This document shows positions 1 to 8,118 of a DNA stretch of 32,000 nucleotides, piece by piece. Below the pieces are notes generated by a model. That model searched no databases. It was not told where the DNA came from and saw only the letters and a list, made by a program, of their open reading frames with translations. Each line of letters opens with the position of its first letter. The stretch's first letter is position 1. This DNA comes from Candidatus Saccharimonadota bacterium (GTDB lineage Bacteria > Patescibacteriota > Saccharimonadia > Saccharimonadales > Saccharimonadaceae): NCBI GenBank assembly GCA_000503915.1, contig CP006915.1, positions 390,001-422,000 on the forward strand, written 5' to 3'. A program made the translations under genes and the position numbers.

Positions 1-490
1 TAAGTTGTCTAAATAGGTTAAACAACTCCGACATATCTTTGGAGGCATTTTCGTCGCTTGAATGAAGTCGAACTAAAGAGTCAAACATCACTAAGCCGAT
101 TTCTTTTTCCTTACAGATAACTAAAAGGCTTTCGACGTATGCCTCTGTTACTCTCGTATTCTGACGAGAGGTATAGTGTATCGGTAATCCTTCAACAGAG
201 CCTAGCTGCTTAAAGCGTTCTTGTAGCATTCTAGGACCCGATTCTTCGTCTACAAATAGGACGCCTGTTTTGTTGGTACTGTACTTTCCAAAAAGGCTTC
301 TACCTTCCGCAATGGAGAGAGTTATTTCAAGCATTAGCCACGTTTTGAACGAGCCTGGTGCTGCTGACAATATGGTCAGCCCTCCCTCTGGTATGATGCT
401 CTCCACCGTCCACCTTGCAGTAGGGAAGTACTGCGTCATAAGTGAATCGAGTGAAGCCACATCAATTATTTTCTTTTCTGATGTAACCAT
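1..490 (-). CDS. RecA-fold AAA_25/RepA-like ATPase (mobile-element replication type), N-terminal ~163 codons; gene continues beyond window start
   Basis: Not in ORF track (no stop inside window). Hand translation of minus strand from ATG at 490: MVTSEKKIIDVASLDSLMTQYFPTARWTVESIIPEGGLTILSAAPGSFKTWLMLEITLSIAEGRSLFGKYSTNKTGVLFVDEESGPRMLQERFKQLG... The P-loop-like 'AAPGSFKT' is followed ~30 aa later by a hydrophobic strand plus acidic 'VLFVDEE', as in AAA_25/DnaB-C-like ATPases. AAGGA lies upstream of the ATG. Confidence 0.6.
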   Translation of the reverse strand, partial: MVTSEKKIIDVASLDSLMTQYFPTARWTVESIIPEGGLTILSAAPGSFKTWLMLEITLSIAEGRSLFGKYSTNKTGVLFVDEESGPRMLQERFKQLGSVEGLPIHYTSRQNTRVTEAYVESLLVICKEKEIGLVMFDSLVRLHSSDENASKDMSELFNLFRQL

Positions 491-631
491 TTTATTTCCT
501 TGTAAGCACCATAGCGGACAAACTATTAACTACGATGCTTTTTGCTGTTTGTCTATTCTTAATTGTATGCCCATTTTTGAAGAAAATGTAACCGAATGCG
601 GTGCTAATTCTTGAGGTGAATAAAGATTTTT

Positions 632-1321
632 TTAACGATTCTTATCTGTTATTTTTACGTCCGCAAATAATTGCAGGACATTATTCTGATACCTGAGATG
701 CTCTTTGCTAAGACCCCTTAAACCTGCTCGAAGTTTTGAAACTTTTTTGCTAAAATCGTTAATTCCATCAGGGTCTTTTACTGTTGTTCGGAGGTTTACG
801 ACTTTCATTGCTTCCGAGCGGCTTAAACGATAATCGGGGGAGTTAAGCAATTTACCAAACAGCTTTCGGTTGTCTTTTTTCCTGTATAATTTGAAACCTT
901 CGCCGTTGATTTTACCTTCACCAGTTTTCATTGAATAGATGATTCTAGGTAGGTTACCTTTTGAGGGTATAGACTCATCGAGTAATTTATACCGTTCGAG
1001 TAAGGCATCTACGTCTACGATAGATACTCGTATTCCGTCTAAAGTACCGAACATAGAGAGAATTTTTATAAGTCCCTGGGTTTCCAGACGTTGAAGTGTC
1101 TTTTCAATCTTTAATAATTCGTGTACTTGAAACATTGACTCTCCGCTCATTATGGAGTTTGAATCAAACGCAGGCGTAGGTATTTGTATTTTTTCTGGCT
1201 TTTTGTAGCGAGTGTACTCATCAACAATCGGAAGTAAAATCTCTAGTTCTGCCTGTTTGTCTGTTAGTGATTCGCTACTCATTATTACTATTGTATGCGA
1301 TAGCTGTTGATATGTACTCAT
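632..1321 (-). CDS. Hypothetical protein, possible C-terminal OmpR/PhoB-type winged-helix DNA-binding domain
   Basis: 229-aa ORF on the same strand as, and upstream of, the ATPase gene. The C-terminal segment 'KLFGKLLNSPDYRLSRSEAMKVVNL...DGINDFSKKVSKLRAGL' resembles the Trans_reg_C pattern (LSRxxL...V..hIsrLRkkL). Similarity judged by eye only. Confidence 0.5.
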   Translation of the reverse strand: MSTYQQLSHTIVIMSSESLTDKQAELEILLPIVDEYTRYKKPEKIQIPTPAFDSNSIMSGESMFQVHELLKIEKTLQRLETQGLIKILSMFGTLDGIRVSIVDVDALLERYKLLDESIPSKGNLPRIIYSMKTGEGKINGEGFKLYRKKDNRKLFGKLLNSPDYRLSRSEAMKVVNLRTTVKDPDGINDFSKKVSKLRAGLRGLSKEHLRYQNNVLQLFADVKITDKNR

Positions 1322-1383
1322 GCGAATGGTTCAAGAACTGCTAGCTGAAAATATTTCGTGAATCAAATACGGACTATCCATAT

Positions 1384-1389
1384 TAAGAT
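1384..1389 (+). promoter_or_regulatory. -10-like hexamer TAAGAT, 6 nt before the ATG of the GIY-YIG gene (possible leaderless transcript)
   Basis: Sequence 'ttaagatatatacATG'. No Shine-Dalgarno motif between the hexamer and the ATG. Confidence 0.3.
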
Positions 1390-1395
1390 ATATAC

Positions 1396-1866
1396 ATGAC
1401 GAAAGGTATTTATGGTGCGTTCAATAAAACAACGGGTGAGTGTATCTATGTTGGCAAGTCTAACAGTTCTATTACAGGTCGCTGGAATCACCACAAAAAA
1501 CTTTGGAAGGCAGGCAGACCCATACATCGCCAACCGCTACTGACCCAGTATTTATATTTCTTTGGCGACCAAGTCGAGTGGAGAATACTTTCAGAGTTGA
1601 GCGAACTCAAACCTGCTGACTGGATATATACGGACAATGATTTACTAGAAGCTGCCGAAAGAGAAATCTTCTTTCAACTTAAACCCATCGCTAATGCATA
1701 TATACCGAATGGCTGGGATACCTTGCGATTGGTGGAAAATAATGGAGAACCATATCCCATTAGCGAGTGGAATCCGTATGCTGTCGAGGTTAGGATTTCA
1801 AAGGGTCAGTTTGCTCGATTTTCTGATGATAAGCCACATTTCACCAATCCGAATATACTTTCCTAA
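1396..1866 (+). CDS. GIY-YIG domain nuclease
   Basis: N-terminus 'GIYGAFNKTTGECIYVGKS' gives GIY, a 10-aa spacer, then YVG. It is followed by 'ITGRWNHH' (conserved Arg) and 'EAAEREIFFQLKPIANAY' (conserved Glu/Asn region). Confidence 0.7.
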   Translation: MTKGIYGAFNKTTGECIYVGKSNSSITGRWNHHKKLWKAGRPIHRQPLLTQYLYFFGDQVEWRILSELSELKPADWIYTDNDLLEAAEREIFFQLKPIANAYIPNGWDTLRLVENNGEPYPISEWNPYAVEVRISKGQFARFSDDKPHFTNPNILS

Positions 1867-2080
1867 TTCTGCTATGCAGGTATATAATACTAATAGACGA
1901 CATACACACTGGCATCTGCAAAGCGTCCCTGAAAGTCTTTATACAATACTCGGCTCCCTGTCGTGAGGATACTATCAACGGTTAGTACACTCCACCAGAT
2001 GGCCTTATAAATTAAACCCGTACAGCTAAACATCTCGTTTTAGTTGTTTTTTAATTTCTAAAGTATGGAGTAGTTATTGT

Positions 2081-2239
2081 ATGAAGCAAGAACAAAAAAA
2101 TCAGCAGTGGACAGAATATATCGAGACGGACAGACAGCCCTCTAGCCTCGAAAAGTTGGACTGTATCTTAGAAAAACGCCTAAAGGCTTTTTTAGCAGTA
2201 CGGCATGCTAAGACTTTTATGTCTAAGGCACGTTTATGA
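2081..2239 (+). CDS. Small hypothetical protein (52 aa), first gene of the polymerase cassette
   Basis: Below ORF-track size cutoff. ATG 2081 is preceded by GGAG at 2067-2070. Translation: MKQEQKNQQWTEYIETDRQPSSLEKLDCILEKRLKAFLAVRHAKTFMSKARL. Its TGA overlaps the next ATG as ATGA (2236-2239). Confidence 0.45.
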   Translation: MKQEQKNQQWTEYIETDRQPSSLEKLDCILEKRLKAFLAVRHAKTFMSKARL

Positions 2240-2520
2240 ACCCCTCACACGTGGTTAATGAACGAGTTGACATTGTACCCATCTTTCACGCCAACACGGC
2301 TGAGAGGGTCTTATGTATGCCTTGGAAGATGAGGTTTCGAGGACAAGAGATTGTGTTTACCGTGTTTGGTATGAGACACCCCACGACAAAAGGTAAACGT
2401 ATGATACATGTCTTTGAAATGAGTGATGGTTCGAACGATTATCGTCTTGAGTTTGATGCTGAACATTTGACATGGACGTTAGCAAGTATAGTGGAGGGTC
2501 ACAGTAGTGGAAGGTATTAA
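2236..2520 (+). CDS. Hypothetical 94-aa protein, candidate accessory subunit of the downstream Y-family polymerase
   Basis: ORF track. ATGA overlap with the upstream micro-ORF, and the 3' end overlaps or abuts the polymerase start. No recognisable motif. Confidence 0.55.
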   Translation: MNPSHVVNERVDIVPIFHANTAERVLCMPWKMRFRGQEIVFTVFGMRHPTTKGKRMIHVFEMSDGSNDYRLEFDAEHLTWTLASIVEGHSSGRY

Positions 2521-3760
2521 TAAAGAAAAACCGATGATAATGCACATCGACTTGAATAGTGCATTTGCAACAACCGAACAACAAGCACACCCTACATTAA
2601 GGAATATGCCTATGGGTGTTACAAATCGACTCTCAAAAGAGTGTTGTGTGATTGCGGCAAGCTATGAGGCTAAAGCGTTAGGTATAAAGGTCGGTACACG
2701 ATTAAGTGATGCGATGGCAATATGTCCTGAGTTTGTAATGCTTGAAACAGATGCACCTAAATATAATGTTGTGTATCAAAAGCTAGTGAAGATAATGAAA
2801 GACTATTCTCCTAATATCAAGATGAAGTCGATTGATGAAGGTATTATTGATTTTCATGGCATGGAGCCAGTGCTGAATGGTCGAAGTCTTAGTGATATTG
2901 GATATGAAATCAAGCAACGTGTGAAAGACGACATCGGTGACTATATGCGAATTAATATTGGTATCGGTACGAATCGTTTCTTAGCGAAACAAGCGGCTGG
3001 TTGGCACAAGCCAGACGGTCTAGATGTAATAGACCATACTAATTTGAAGGCATATTACAAAGAAATGAAATTAACAGATTTAAGCGGTATTGCTGAACGC
3101 AATGAGGCGAGGCTTAATTCTTATGGCATTATGTCGCCACTACAGTTCCTTTCGGCTGATGAATATATGCTCAAGAAAAGAGTGTTTAAGAGTATTATGG
3201 GGCTTTATTGGCATAAACGTCTGAGAGGCTATGAGATAGATGATTACGATACTAAATTAGGAATGGTTGGTCGGCAATGGGTGGTGAAGAATCCATCTAA
3301 TAAGAACGAATATTTGCTTCCTTGCTTGAGTTTCTTATGTGAAACAACTGGTATGAAATTGCGGTTCAGAAACGTAGAAGCACGAGGCATCTGTGTATGG
3401 GCAACATTCCGAAATGGGGAGTATTGGCGTTCAAAAAGAATGCACAAGTCTACGTTCTATACGAATCAAGAAGTATATCGTAGAGCTATGGAATTATTTA
3501 ATCAACGACCTAGTGGTGCAGATGTAACTACGATTGGTATATATTGTTACCAACTTGAGCCTTCGAAGCGTAGTCAGCTAGATTTGTTTGAAGACATAGC
3601 GAAAAAGGATTGGCTTACTAAATCGGTCGATGAAATCAATGATTTCTATGGGGCATTTACTATTCACTTAGCTAGCTCAATAGAGGGCAAGAAAATCATA
3701 AAGCAGAAGATTCCTTTTGGCGGGACTGAATATTTTGAATTGCTATTGAAGAGTGCATAA
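2507..3760 (+). CDS. Y-family translesion DNA polymerase, UmuC-like
   Basis: 'MHIDLNSAFATTEQ' matches the catalytic DxNxF(Y)A..E motif. 'CCVIAASYEAKALGIKVG' compares with UmuC 'GCVIARNAEAKALGVKMG'. 'SIDEGIIDF' matches the SIDE motif. The ORF-track start is GTG 2507; ATG 2534 or 2540 (MIMHIDLN / MHIDLN) fits family N-termini better. Confidence 0.85.
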   Translation: MEGINKEKPMIMHIDLNSAFATTEQQAHPTLRNMPMGVTNRLSKECCVIAASYEAKALGIKVGTRLSDAMAICPEFVMLETDAPKYNVVYQKLVKIMKDYSPNIKMKSIDEGIIDFHGMEPVLNGRSLSDIGYEIKQRVKDDIGDYMRINIGIGTNRFLAKQAAGWHKPDGLDVIDHTNLKAYYKEMKLTDLSGIAERNEARLNSYGIMSPLQFLSADEYMLKKRVFKSIMGLYWHKRLRGYEIDDYDTKLGMVGRQWVVKNPSNKNEYLLPCLSFLCETTGMKLRFRNVEARGICVWATFRNGEYWRSKRMHKSTFYTNQEVYRRAMELFNQRPSGADVTTIGIYCYQLEPSKRSQLDLFEDIAKKDWLTKSVDEINDFYGAFTIHLASSIEGKKIIKQKIPFGGTEYFELLLKSA

Positions 3761-3838
3761 ATGACCGTAGGATTATTATAGGTACAAGTAACTATAAAAT
3801 GAATGCTACAATTAATTAACATAAGCGAGGGAGAAAAA

Positions 3839-4432
3839 ATGAATAATAGTTCTAAAAAACGAATAATCATTCCAATTATCGTAGCAATAGCAGCTCTATT
3901 AATAGGAGCAGTAGCAGGATACCAATACAAAGAATACGAGATTAGTAAAAAGTTAGACGAAGCCTTTTCAACTAATAATACTAAAAATACCGATACATCG
4001 AACGATACTGCGGATTCAACTGACAGCACTAATGAAACTACAATAGGCAATACTAAACTAAGTGAAATAATGGACGCTACTAAGGGCAATTTCTCTACAG
4101 TAACAGAGACAAAAGTCTTTAACGAAGAGAACGACCCTAATGGCACCCTTGGTAAAGCTGGCTCATATTCACATGGTGCTGCTTTCTGGGATTCACGAAC
4201 TGAATACACCAGTGAAGACTCGACATGGGGTACTGACGCAGGCGGAGCTATTGAAGTATTCGCTAATGAAGAAGACGCTACAAGTCGGACTGAAACTCTA
4301 CAAGGAACTCAAGGAACAATCCTAGATGCAGGTGCAGTAGAGCAAGTAGGGAACGTAGTCTTGCGAGCATCATCAAAGCTACCAGCCAGTCAGCAGAATG
4401 AAATTATCGCATTCTTAAAATCGCAATTATAG
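3839..4432 (+). CDS. Membrane-anchored protein with T/S/N/D-rich linker and unknown C-terminal domain
   Basis: ORF 3803..4432. The internal ATG 3839 is preceded by GAGGGAG. TM helix 'IIIPIIVAIAALLIGAVAGY', then a low-complexity 'NNTKNTDTSNDTADSTDSTNETT' linker. Confidence 0.6.
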   Translation: MNNSSKKRIIIPIIVAIAALLIGAVAGYQYKEYEISKKLDEAFSTNNTKNTDTSNDTADSTDSTNETTIGNTKLSEIMDATKGNFSTVTETKVFNEENDPNGTLGKAGSYSHGAAFWDSRTEYTSEDSTWGTDAGGAIEVFANEEDATSRTETLQGTQGTILDAGAVEQVGNVVLRASSKLPASQQNEIIAFLKSQL

Positions 4433-4463
4433 AACTCTTATTGCTAAAGAGTGCTTGAGCGGA

Positions 4464-4991
4464 CTATTCCACAGTGATGTATAGGTGGTATTTTTCAGCA
4501 ACAGTCTTTTGAAAAGTGGTCTGAGTTGTAGTTGTGATAACAGTACTACCGCCGAAATAAGTTTCAGAAATAAAATCACTATCAATCCACTGAGTCTCGT
4601 CATCAGGTAACGAGATGTCAAAGCCAAGTTCAGATGAACGAGCTAGTGAGTCTTCGGTTAGTGCAACAGGTAACTCGAATAATACAGCTTTATTGTCACC
4701 AGCTATACTCATTGCTTTTGAAAGGACTCCGACAATTAGAGGTCCTTGTTCTTTCGTATACAAAAGGTATACATCAATTCCGCCTCCATAAATACCTTCT
4801 TCTTTATCAAAGTAATAACTCCCAATGTGAGTGCGACTATTAGAATGGTCGTCGCTTACATAACTTTGTTTCTCAACAAAGTCGTTGATGAAGTACTTAT
4901 CATCTATAAGAGTTTGCACACGGATAGCTATTAAGTTTTCTCTAGAGTCGTTTTTCTTATCAATTTTAGTTAAGTTGAGTGAAAGATTCAT
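4464..4991 (-). CDS. Hypothetical cytoplasmic protein (175 aa)
   Basis: ORF track. No TM segment or motif recognised. Convergent with the 3839-4432 gene. Confidence 0.5.
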   Translation of the reverse strand: MNLSLNLTKIDKKNDSRENLIAIRVQTLIDDKYFINDFVEKQSYVSDDHSNSRTHIGSYYFDKEEGIYGGGIDVYLLYTKEQGPLIVGVLSKAMSIAGDNKAVLFELPVALTEDSLARSSELGFDISLPDDETQWIDSDFISETYFGGSTVITTTTQTTFQKTVAEKYHLYITVE

Positions 4992-5307
4992 AGTGTAACT
5001 TTAACGCTTAACTACTAAATAATAAAGTACCAGAAAACGAATCTGTCACTGATACGCCACTGTTAATGGGGTTTAGGGTTTATATGATAGCTCGATTATT
5101 GGGCGGGTGTTATACTGTAATAGTCTTACGTTTCACAATAAAATAGCAGTAGTTAAGTTGCAGGTGACTGCACAGTTTTGCTCTTAAAATGGGCATCGTG
5201 TGTAACCAGTTGGAGCAAATCCTACTGCTACGAGACGTAAGACATCTATCACACGGTGTCCTTTTTTATTTGGACATCGTCTAAATAACCACAAGGGGGA
5301 AAACCAG

Positions 5308-5718
5308 ATGGATAAAAATAATAAACCTAAAAAAGCCTGGTACAAAAGAGTATGGGTGTGGATTGGCATTATCGTGCTGATTGGAATCATCGCAGGTGCA
5401 GCAGGTGGTAGTGAAGACTCTACTACTAATACTAAAGAAGAATCGGCTCCTACAACTCAGTCAGACGCACCAGCAGAAACAGAAGAACCTGCAAAGTTTG
5501 ACCTTGAAGCTGCGTATGCAAAACTCGAAACGGGTATGACAAAAGCTCAAGTTGAAGAAGCGACAGGTAAAGAATCGGATAACTGTACCGAAAGTGATAT
5601 GGGTGAGTTAGGCAAGTCAGAATCATGTAGCTATGGTAACCCGTTCATAGATAAGGGTAGCATTATGGTTATTTACTCAAATGGTGAACTTTCCTCTAAA
5701 ACGAAGTCAACTTATTAG
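5308..5718 (+). CDS. Membrane-anchored protein with small BamE/SmpA-like (DUF3862-type) C-terminal domain
   Basis: AAGGGGG Shine-Dalgarno motif before the ATG. TM 'VWVWIGIIVLIGIIAGAAGG', an acidic T/E/P linker, then 'LETGMTKAQVEEATGKES...' typical of the small lipoprotein fold. By-eye call. Confidence 0.55.
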   Translation: MDKNNKPKKAWYKRVWVWIGIIVLIGIIAGAAGGSEDSTTNTKEESAPTTQSDAPAETEEPAKFDLEAAYAKLETGMTKAQVEEATGKESDNCTESDMGELGKSESCSYGNPFIDKGSIMVIYSNGELSSKTKSTY

Positions 5719-5736
5719 TCCTAATAGATGATATGT

Positions 5737-5767
5737 AAAACAGATGGGAATAAAGCCCATCTGTTTT
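5737..5767 (+). terminator. Rho-independent terminator
   Basis: AAAACAGATGGG - aataaag - CCCATCTGTTTT: perfect 12-bp stem including the A/T tracts. Confidence 0.65.
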
Positions 5768-5797
5768 CATAGGGAAGGTATTAATACTCTCAAGGGG

Positions 5798-5803
5798 TAT
5801 AAT
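5798..5803 (+). promoter_or_regulatory. TATAAT -10 box 8 nt before the macro-domain ATG (near-leaderless)
   Basis: Sequence 'ggggTATAATagaaataaATG'. No SD motif. Confidence 0.35.
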
Positions 5804-5811
5804 AGAAATAA

Positions 5812-6282
5812 ATGATTAAGTATGTAACAGGCGACTTAACTACTATGGAAGTCGATGTAATCGTTAATGCAGCTAACACAGGACTTGTTGGTGGAGCAGG
5901 GCTGTGCGGAATGATACATGACGCAGCAGGACCAGAGATAGACGTTGAATGTAGGAAGATAGGGTATTGTTTGCGAGGTGATGCAGAAATAACCAAAGGA
6001 TATAATCTACCTGCTAAGTTTGTAATACATACTGTAGGACCAATATACGGACAGCATCACGGAAAAGAGCCAGAGATACTATATAGTTGCTACTACGAGT
6101 CAATGCGTCTTGCCGATGAATACAATCTTACATCAATAGCATTCCCGTATATATCGACAGGGATATATTTATATCCTAAAGAAGAAGCGAAAGGGATTGC
6201 GGTTGGGTCATTAACTGACTATTTAGAAGATAATCCTAATACATCGGTAAAAAAAGTAGTCTTAGTCGAATATGATGGCTAA
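5812..6282 (+). CDS. Macro domain protein (MacroD/YmdB-type ADP-ribose/O-acetyl-ADP-ribose hydrolase)
   Basis: 'VDVIVNAANTGLVGGAGLCGMIHDAAGPEI' and 'FVIHTVGPIY...SIAFPYISTGIYLYP' are the hallmark macro-domain motifs. Confidence 0.85.
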   Translation: MIKYVTGDLTTMEVDVIVNAANTGLVGGAGLCGMIHDAAGPEIDVECRKIGYCLRGDAEITKGYNLPAKFVIHTVGPIYGQHHGKEPEILYSCYYESMRLADEYNLTSIAFPYISTGIYLYPKEEAKGIAVGSLTDYLEDNPNTSVKKVVLVEYDG

Positions 6283-6420
6283 CTCAATGGTTGCAAATAG
6301 TAAATGTTTACGAGACATTAGCTATTGATTTATTTACGAATTTTGGGCTTTAGCAGTGATTGACTAATCAAAAAGGCAACAGTACTTATAACTATACCGA
6401 GGCGGCGTACATGATTAATG

Positions 6421-7071
6421 CTATTGTTGTTCGTTTTGTTTTTGTCGCAGTCGCCTGATGACAAAGTATCCAATTCCTAAGAGAACGACCGCTATAACCA
6501 AGTATTGAAAGAAGCCGACGTATTCTTCAACTAGATGAAAGTTCTCACCGAGTATAAACCCAAGACCGATAAGTGTACTATTCCATATCAAACTTCCAAC
6601 AGCCGTATACGCAATAAATAACGCCATGTTCATACGTTCAACTCCTGCTGGAATCGATATAAGGCTGCGGAAAATAGGAATCATTCTTCCGAAGAAGACT
6701 GTTCTGGCTTCATGCTTGAGGAACCATGCTTCGGTTTTATCAACGTCATTAATTCTTACGAGAGGCATTTTCCGGAATATGGCACGTGTACGGTCACGTC
6801 CTAACATTGCACCAACATAATACAATAATATTGCTCCGACTACAGAACCGAGCGTTGCCCATAATATAACACTAATAATCCAGAATTCACCTTGGCTAGC
6901 GGTAAAACCAGCGAGTGGTAAAATAATTTCACTAGGTATCGGCGGAAAAAGATTCTCAAGCAGCACTAGCAGGCCAACTCCCGGTTCGCCGAGCTGCTCC
7001 ATAATGGACGTCACCCAAGTTTCTATGTTCTTAAAAATATCTAACACAAGTACTAGTATATTACAGGGCAT
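6421..7071 (-). CDS. dedA: DedA/SNARE-associated family membrane protein
   Basis: 'GLLVLLENLFPPIPSEIILPLAGF' is the DedA signature, with multiple TM segments. ATG 7071 overlaps the last codons of the upstream micro-ORF; the alternative start is M24 (7002). Confidence 0.8.
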   Translation of the reverse strand: MPCNILVLVLDIFKNIETWVTSIMEQLGEPGVGLLVLLENLFPPIPSEIILPLAGFTASQGEFWIISVILWATLGSVVGAILLYYVGAMLGRDRTRAIFRKMPLVRINDVDKTEAWFLKHEARTVFFGRMIPIFRSLISIPAGVERMNMALFIAYTAVGSLIWNSTLIGLGFILGENFHLVEEYVGFFQYLVIAVVLLGIGYFVIRRLRQKQNEQQ

Positions 7072-7171
7072 AGGCTTTAAGGGGAAAATCAGAGGTCAAA
7101 AGAAGTTCTTGGTTCAAGGCAGCAACGTAATCATCAGAATAGCCCCGTCTTCCCGAATCTGTAGGTGGCAT
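7061..7171 (-). CDS. Micro-ORF (36 aa) MPPTDSGRRGYSDDYVAALNQELLLTSDFPLKAYAL, coupled to dedA
   Basis: Hand-found. The ATG lies 5 nt after a TAAAAT -10-like box. It has a paralog at 9608-9685, and differences between the two fall almost only on codon third positions. Confidence 0.45.
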   Translation of the reverse strand: MPPTDSGRRGYSDDYVAALNQELLLTSDFPLKAYAL

Positions 7172-7217
7172 AGTCAATTTTATTTCAAAAGGTAGTTGTG
7201 TTAAGAATTCACTATGC
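7134..7217. repeat. 84-bp direct repeat, copy 1
   Basis: Hand alignment with 9648-9731 gives 69/84 identical with no indels. Confidence 0.8.
7177..7204 (-). promoter_or_regulatory. Putative promoter (-35 TTAACA, 16-nt spacer, -10 TAAAAT) for the leaderless micro-ORF/dedA
   Basis: Minus strand 'TTAACAcaactaccttttgaaaTAAAATtgactATG'. The block is conserved in the second repeat copy. Confidence 0.4.
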
Positions 7218-7469
7218 ACACTTTAGGACCAATATATGGACAGCATCATGGCGAAGAACCTGCGATACTTTATAGTTGCTATTACGAATCTATGCGACTA
7301 GCGGACGAAAACAATTTAACTTCGATTGCTTTTCCATATATCAACTAGTATATATCGTTATCCAAAAGAGGAGGCAAAGCCCGTAGCAGTACAGTCTATA
7401 AGCGATTACTTAGAAGATTTCCCAGACAGTATGATTAATAACGTCTATTTAGTAGATTACGGTCATTAA
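7214..7469 (+). pseudogene. 5'-truncated, frameshifted paralog of the macro-domain gene
   Basis: Translates as (M)HTLGPIYGQHHGEEPAILYSCYYESMRLADENNLTSIAFPYIN*. After a 1-nt frame shift near 7343-7348 it continues as SIYRYPKEEAKPVAVQSISDYLEDFPDSMINNVYLVDYGH*. This is collinear with residues ~73-156 of the 5812-6282 product, so the first ~72 codons (NAAN/GGG motifs) are missing. Confidence 0.75.
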
Positions 7470-7491
7470 TGTATGATATTAAGTATCTACT

Positions 7492-8025
7492 ATGAATAAA
7501 ACTGCATACCCACAAGCTAAATACCTATCCTTAAAAGAAATACAAAGTATGACTAATGATGATGTCATCAAGTATGTGTATTCGCAACACAAGGAAACAG
7601 GGGTTTCTATTGAGGATTTCTGGCAGGAACAATATAACGACTTTGAAAAACAAACTATGAATGGCATTCGTGGAAGCGAAAGTGATTCATGGAATAATAA
7701 CAAGAACTTTGAATCTGACTCAAGGTTCATGCAGATAGGTATAGTGTATGCAATCGTCTTCTTGATTATTTGGTTCATTTTTGAACAGCTTGTTAAAAAC
7801 GAAGTTAATACACTAGGATTTGCTTTAGCTGTTTCTGGGTTTGCTTCAATCTTGATAACGACGCTTTTTATGAACGTATCTGGCAAGAATGAGAAAAACT
7901 ATTTCGATGCTAGCAACAAACTACAACACGCCTATTTAGTGTTCCTCAATAAAGGCTTCAACGCTGTTTCTGGTAAACCATTAGACTATACGAAAGTCGA
8001 TAAATTACTCAGAAAAAGGAGTTAG
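7492..8025 (+). CDS. Hypothetical membrane protein (two predicted TM helices)
   Basis: ORF track. Hydrophobic stretches 'IGIVYAIVFLIIWFIF' and 'LGFALAVSGFASILITTLF'. Confidence 0.55.
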   Translation: MNKTAYPQAKYLSLKEIQSMTNDDVIKYVYSQHKETGVSIEDFWQEQYNDFEKQTMNGIRGSESDSWNNNKNFESDSRFMQIGIVYAIVFLIIWFIFEQLVKNEVNTLGFALAVSGFASILITTLFMNVSGKNEKNYFDASNKLQHAYLVFLNKGFNAVSGKPLDYTKVDKLLRKRS

Positions 8026-8118
8026 AGTTCGTGCAATTGTTTGAGGGGTGTCGTTTTAGCCGCACCATTAGAACCCAAACGATATTGAAACAGTGTAGTT
8101 TCTAGCATTAGTCCAAAT

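Noticed and set aside
270-614. 114-aa + strand ORF
   Set aside because: It lies antisense to the well-supported AAA_25 ATPase reading frame, has no motif and no SD. It is probably a shadow ORF.
5133-5147. 15-nt exact match 'tcacaataaaatagc' shared with 20770-20784, next to the pilA terminator
   Set aside because: For a 32-kb window a single 15-mer coincidence is roughly a coin-flip event, and the flanking sequence diverges immediately.
5812-6282. Macro-domain gene as the DarG antitoxin of a DarTG system
   Set aside because: It is only 156 aa (a macro domain alone, with no DarT-binding C-terminal domain) and no DarT-like gene is adjacent. It fits the housekeeping MacroD/YmdB type.
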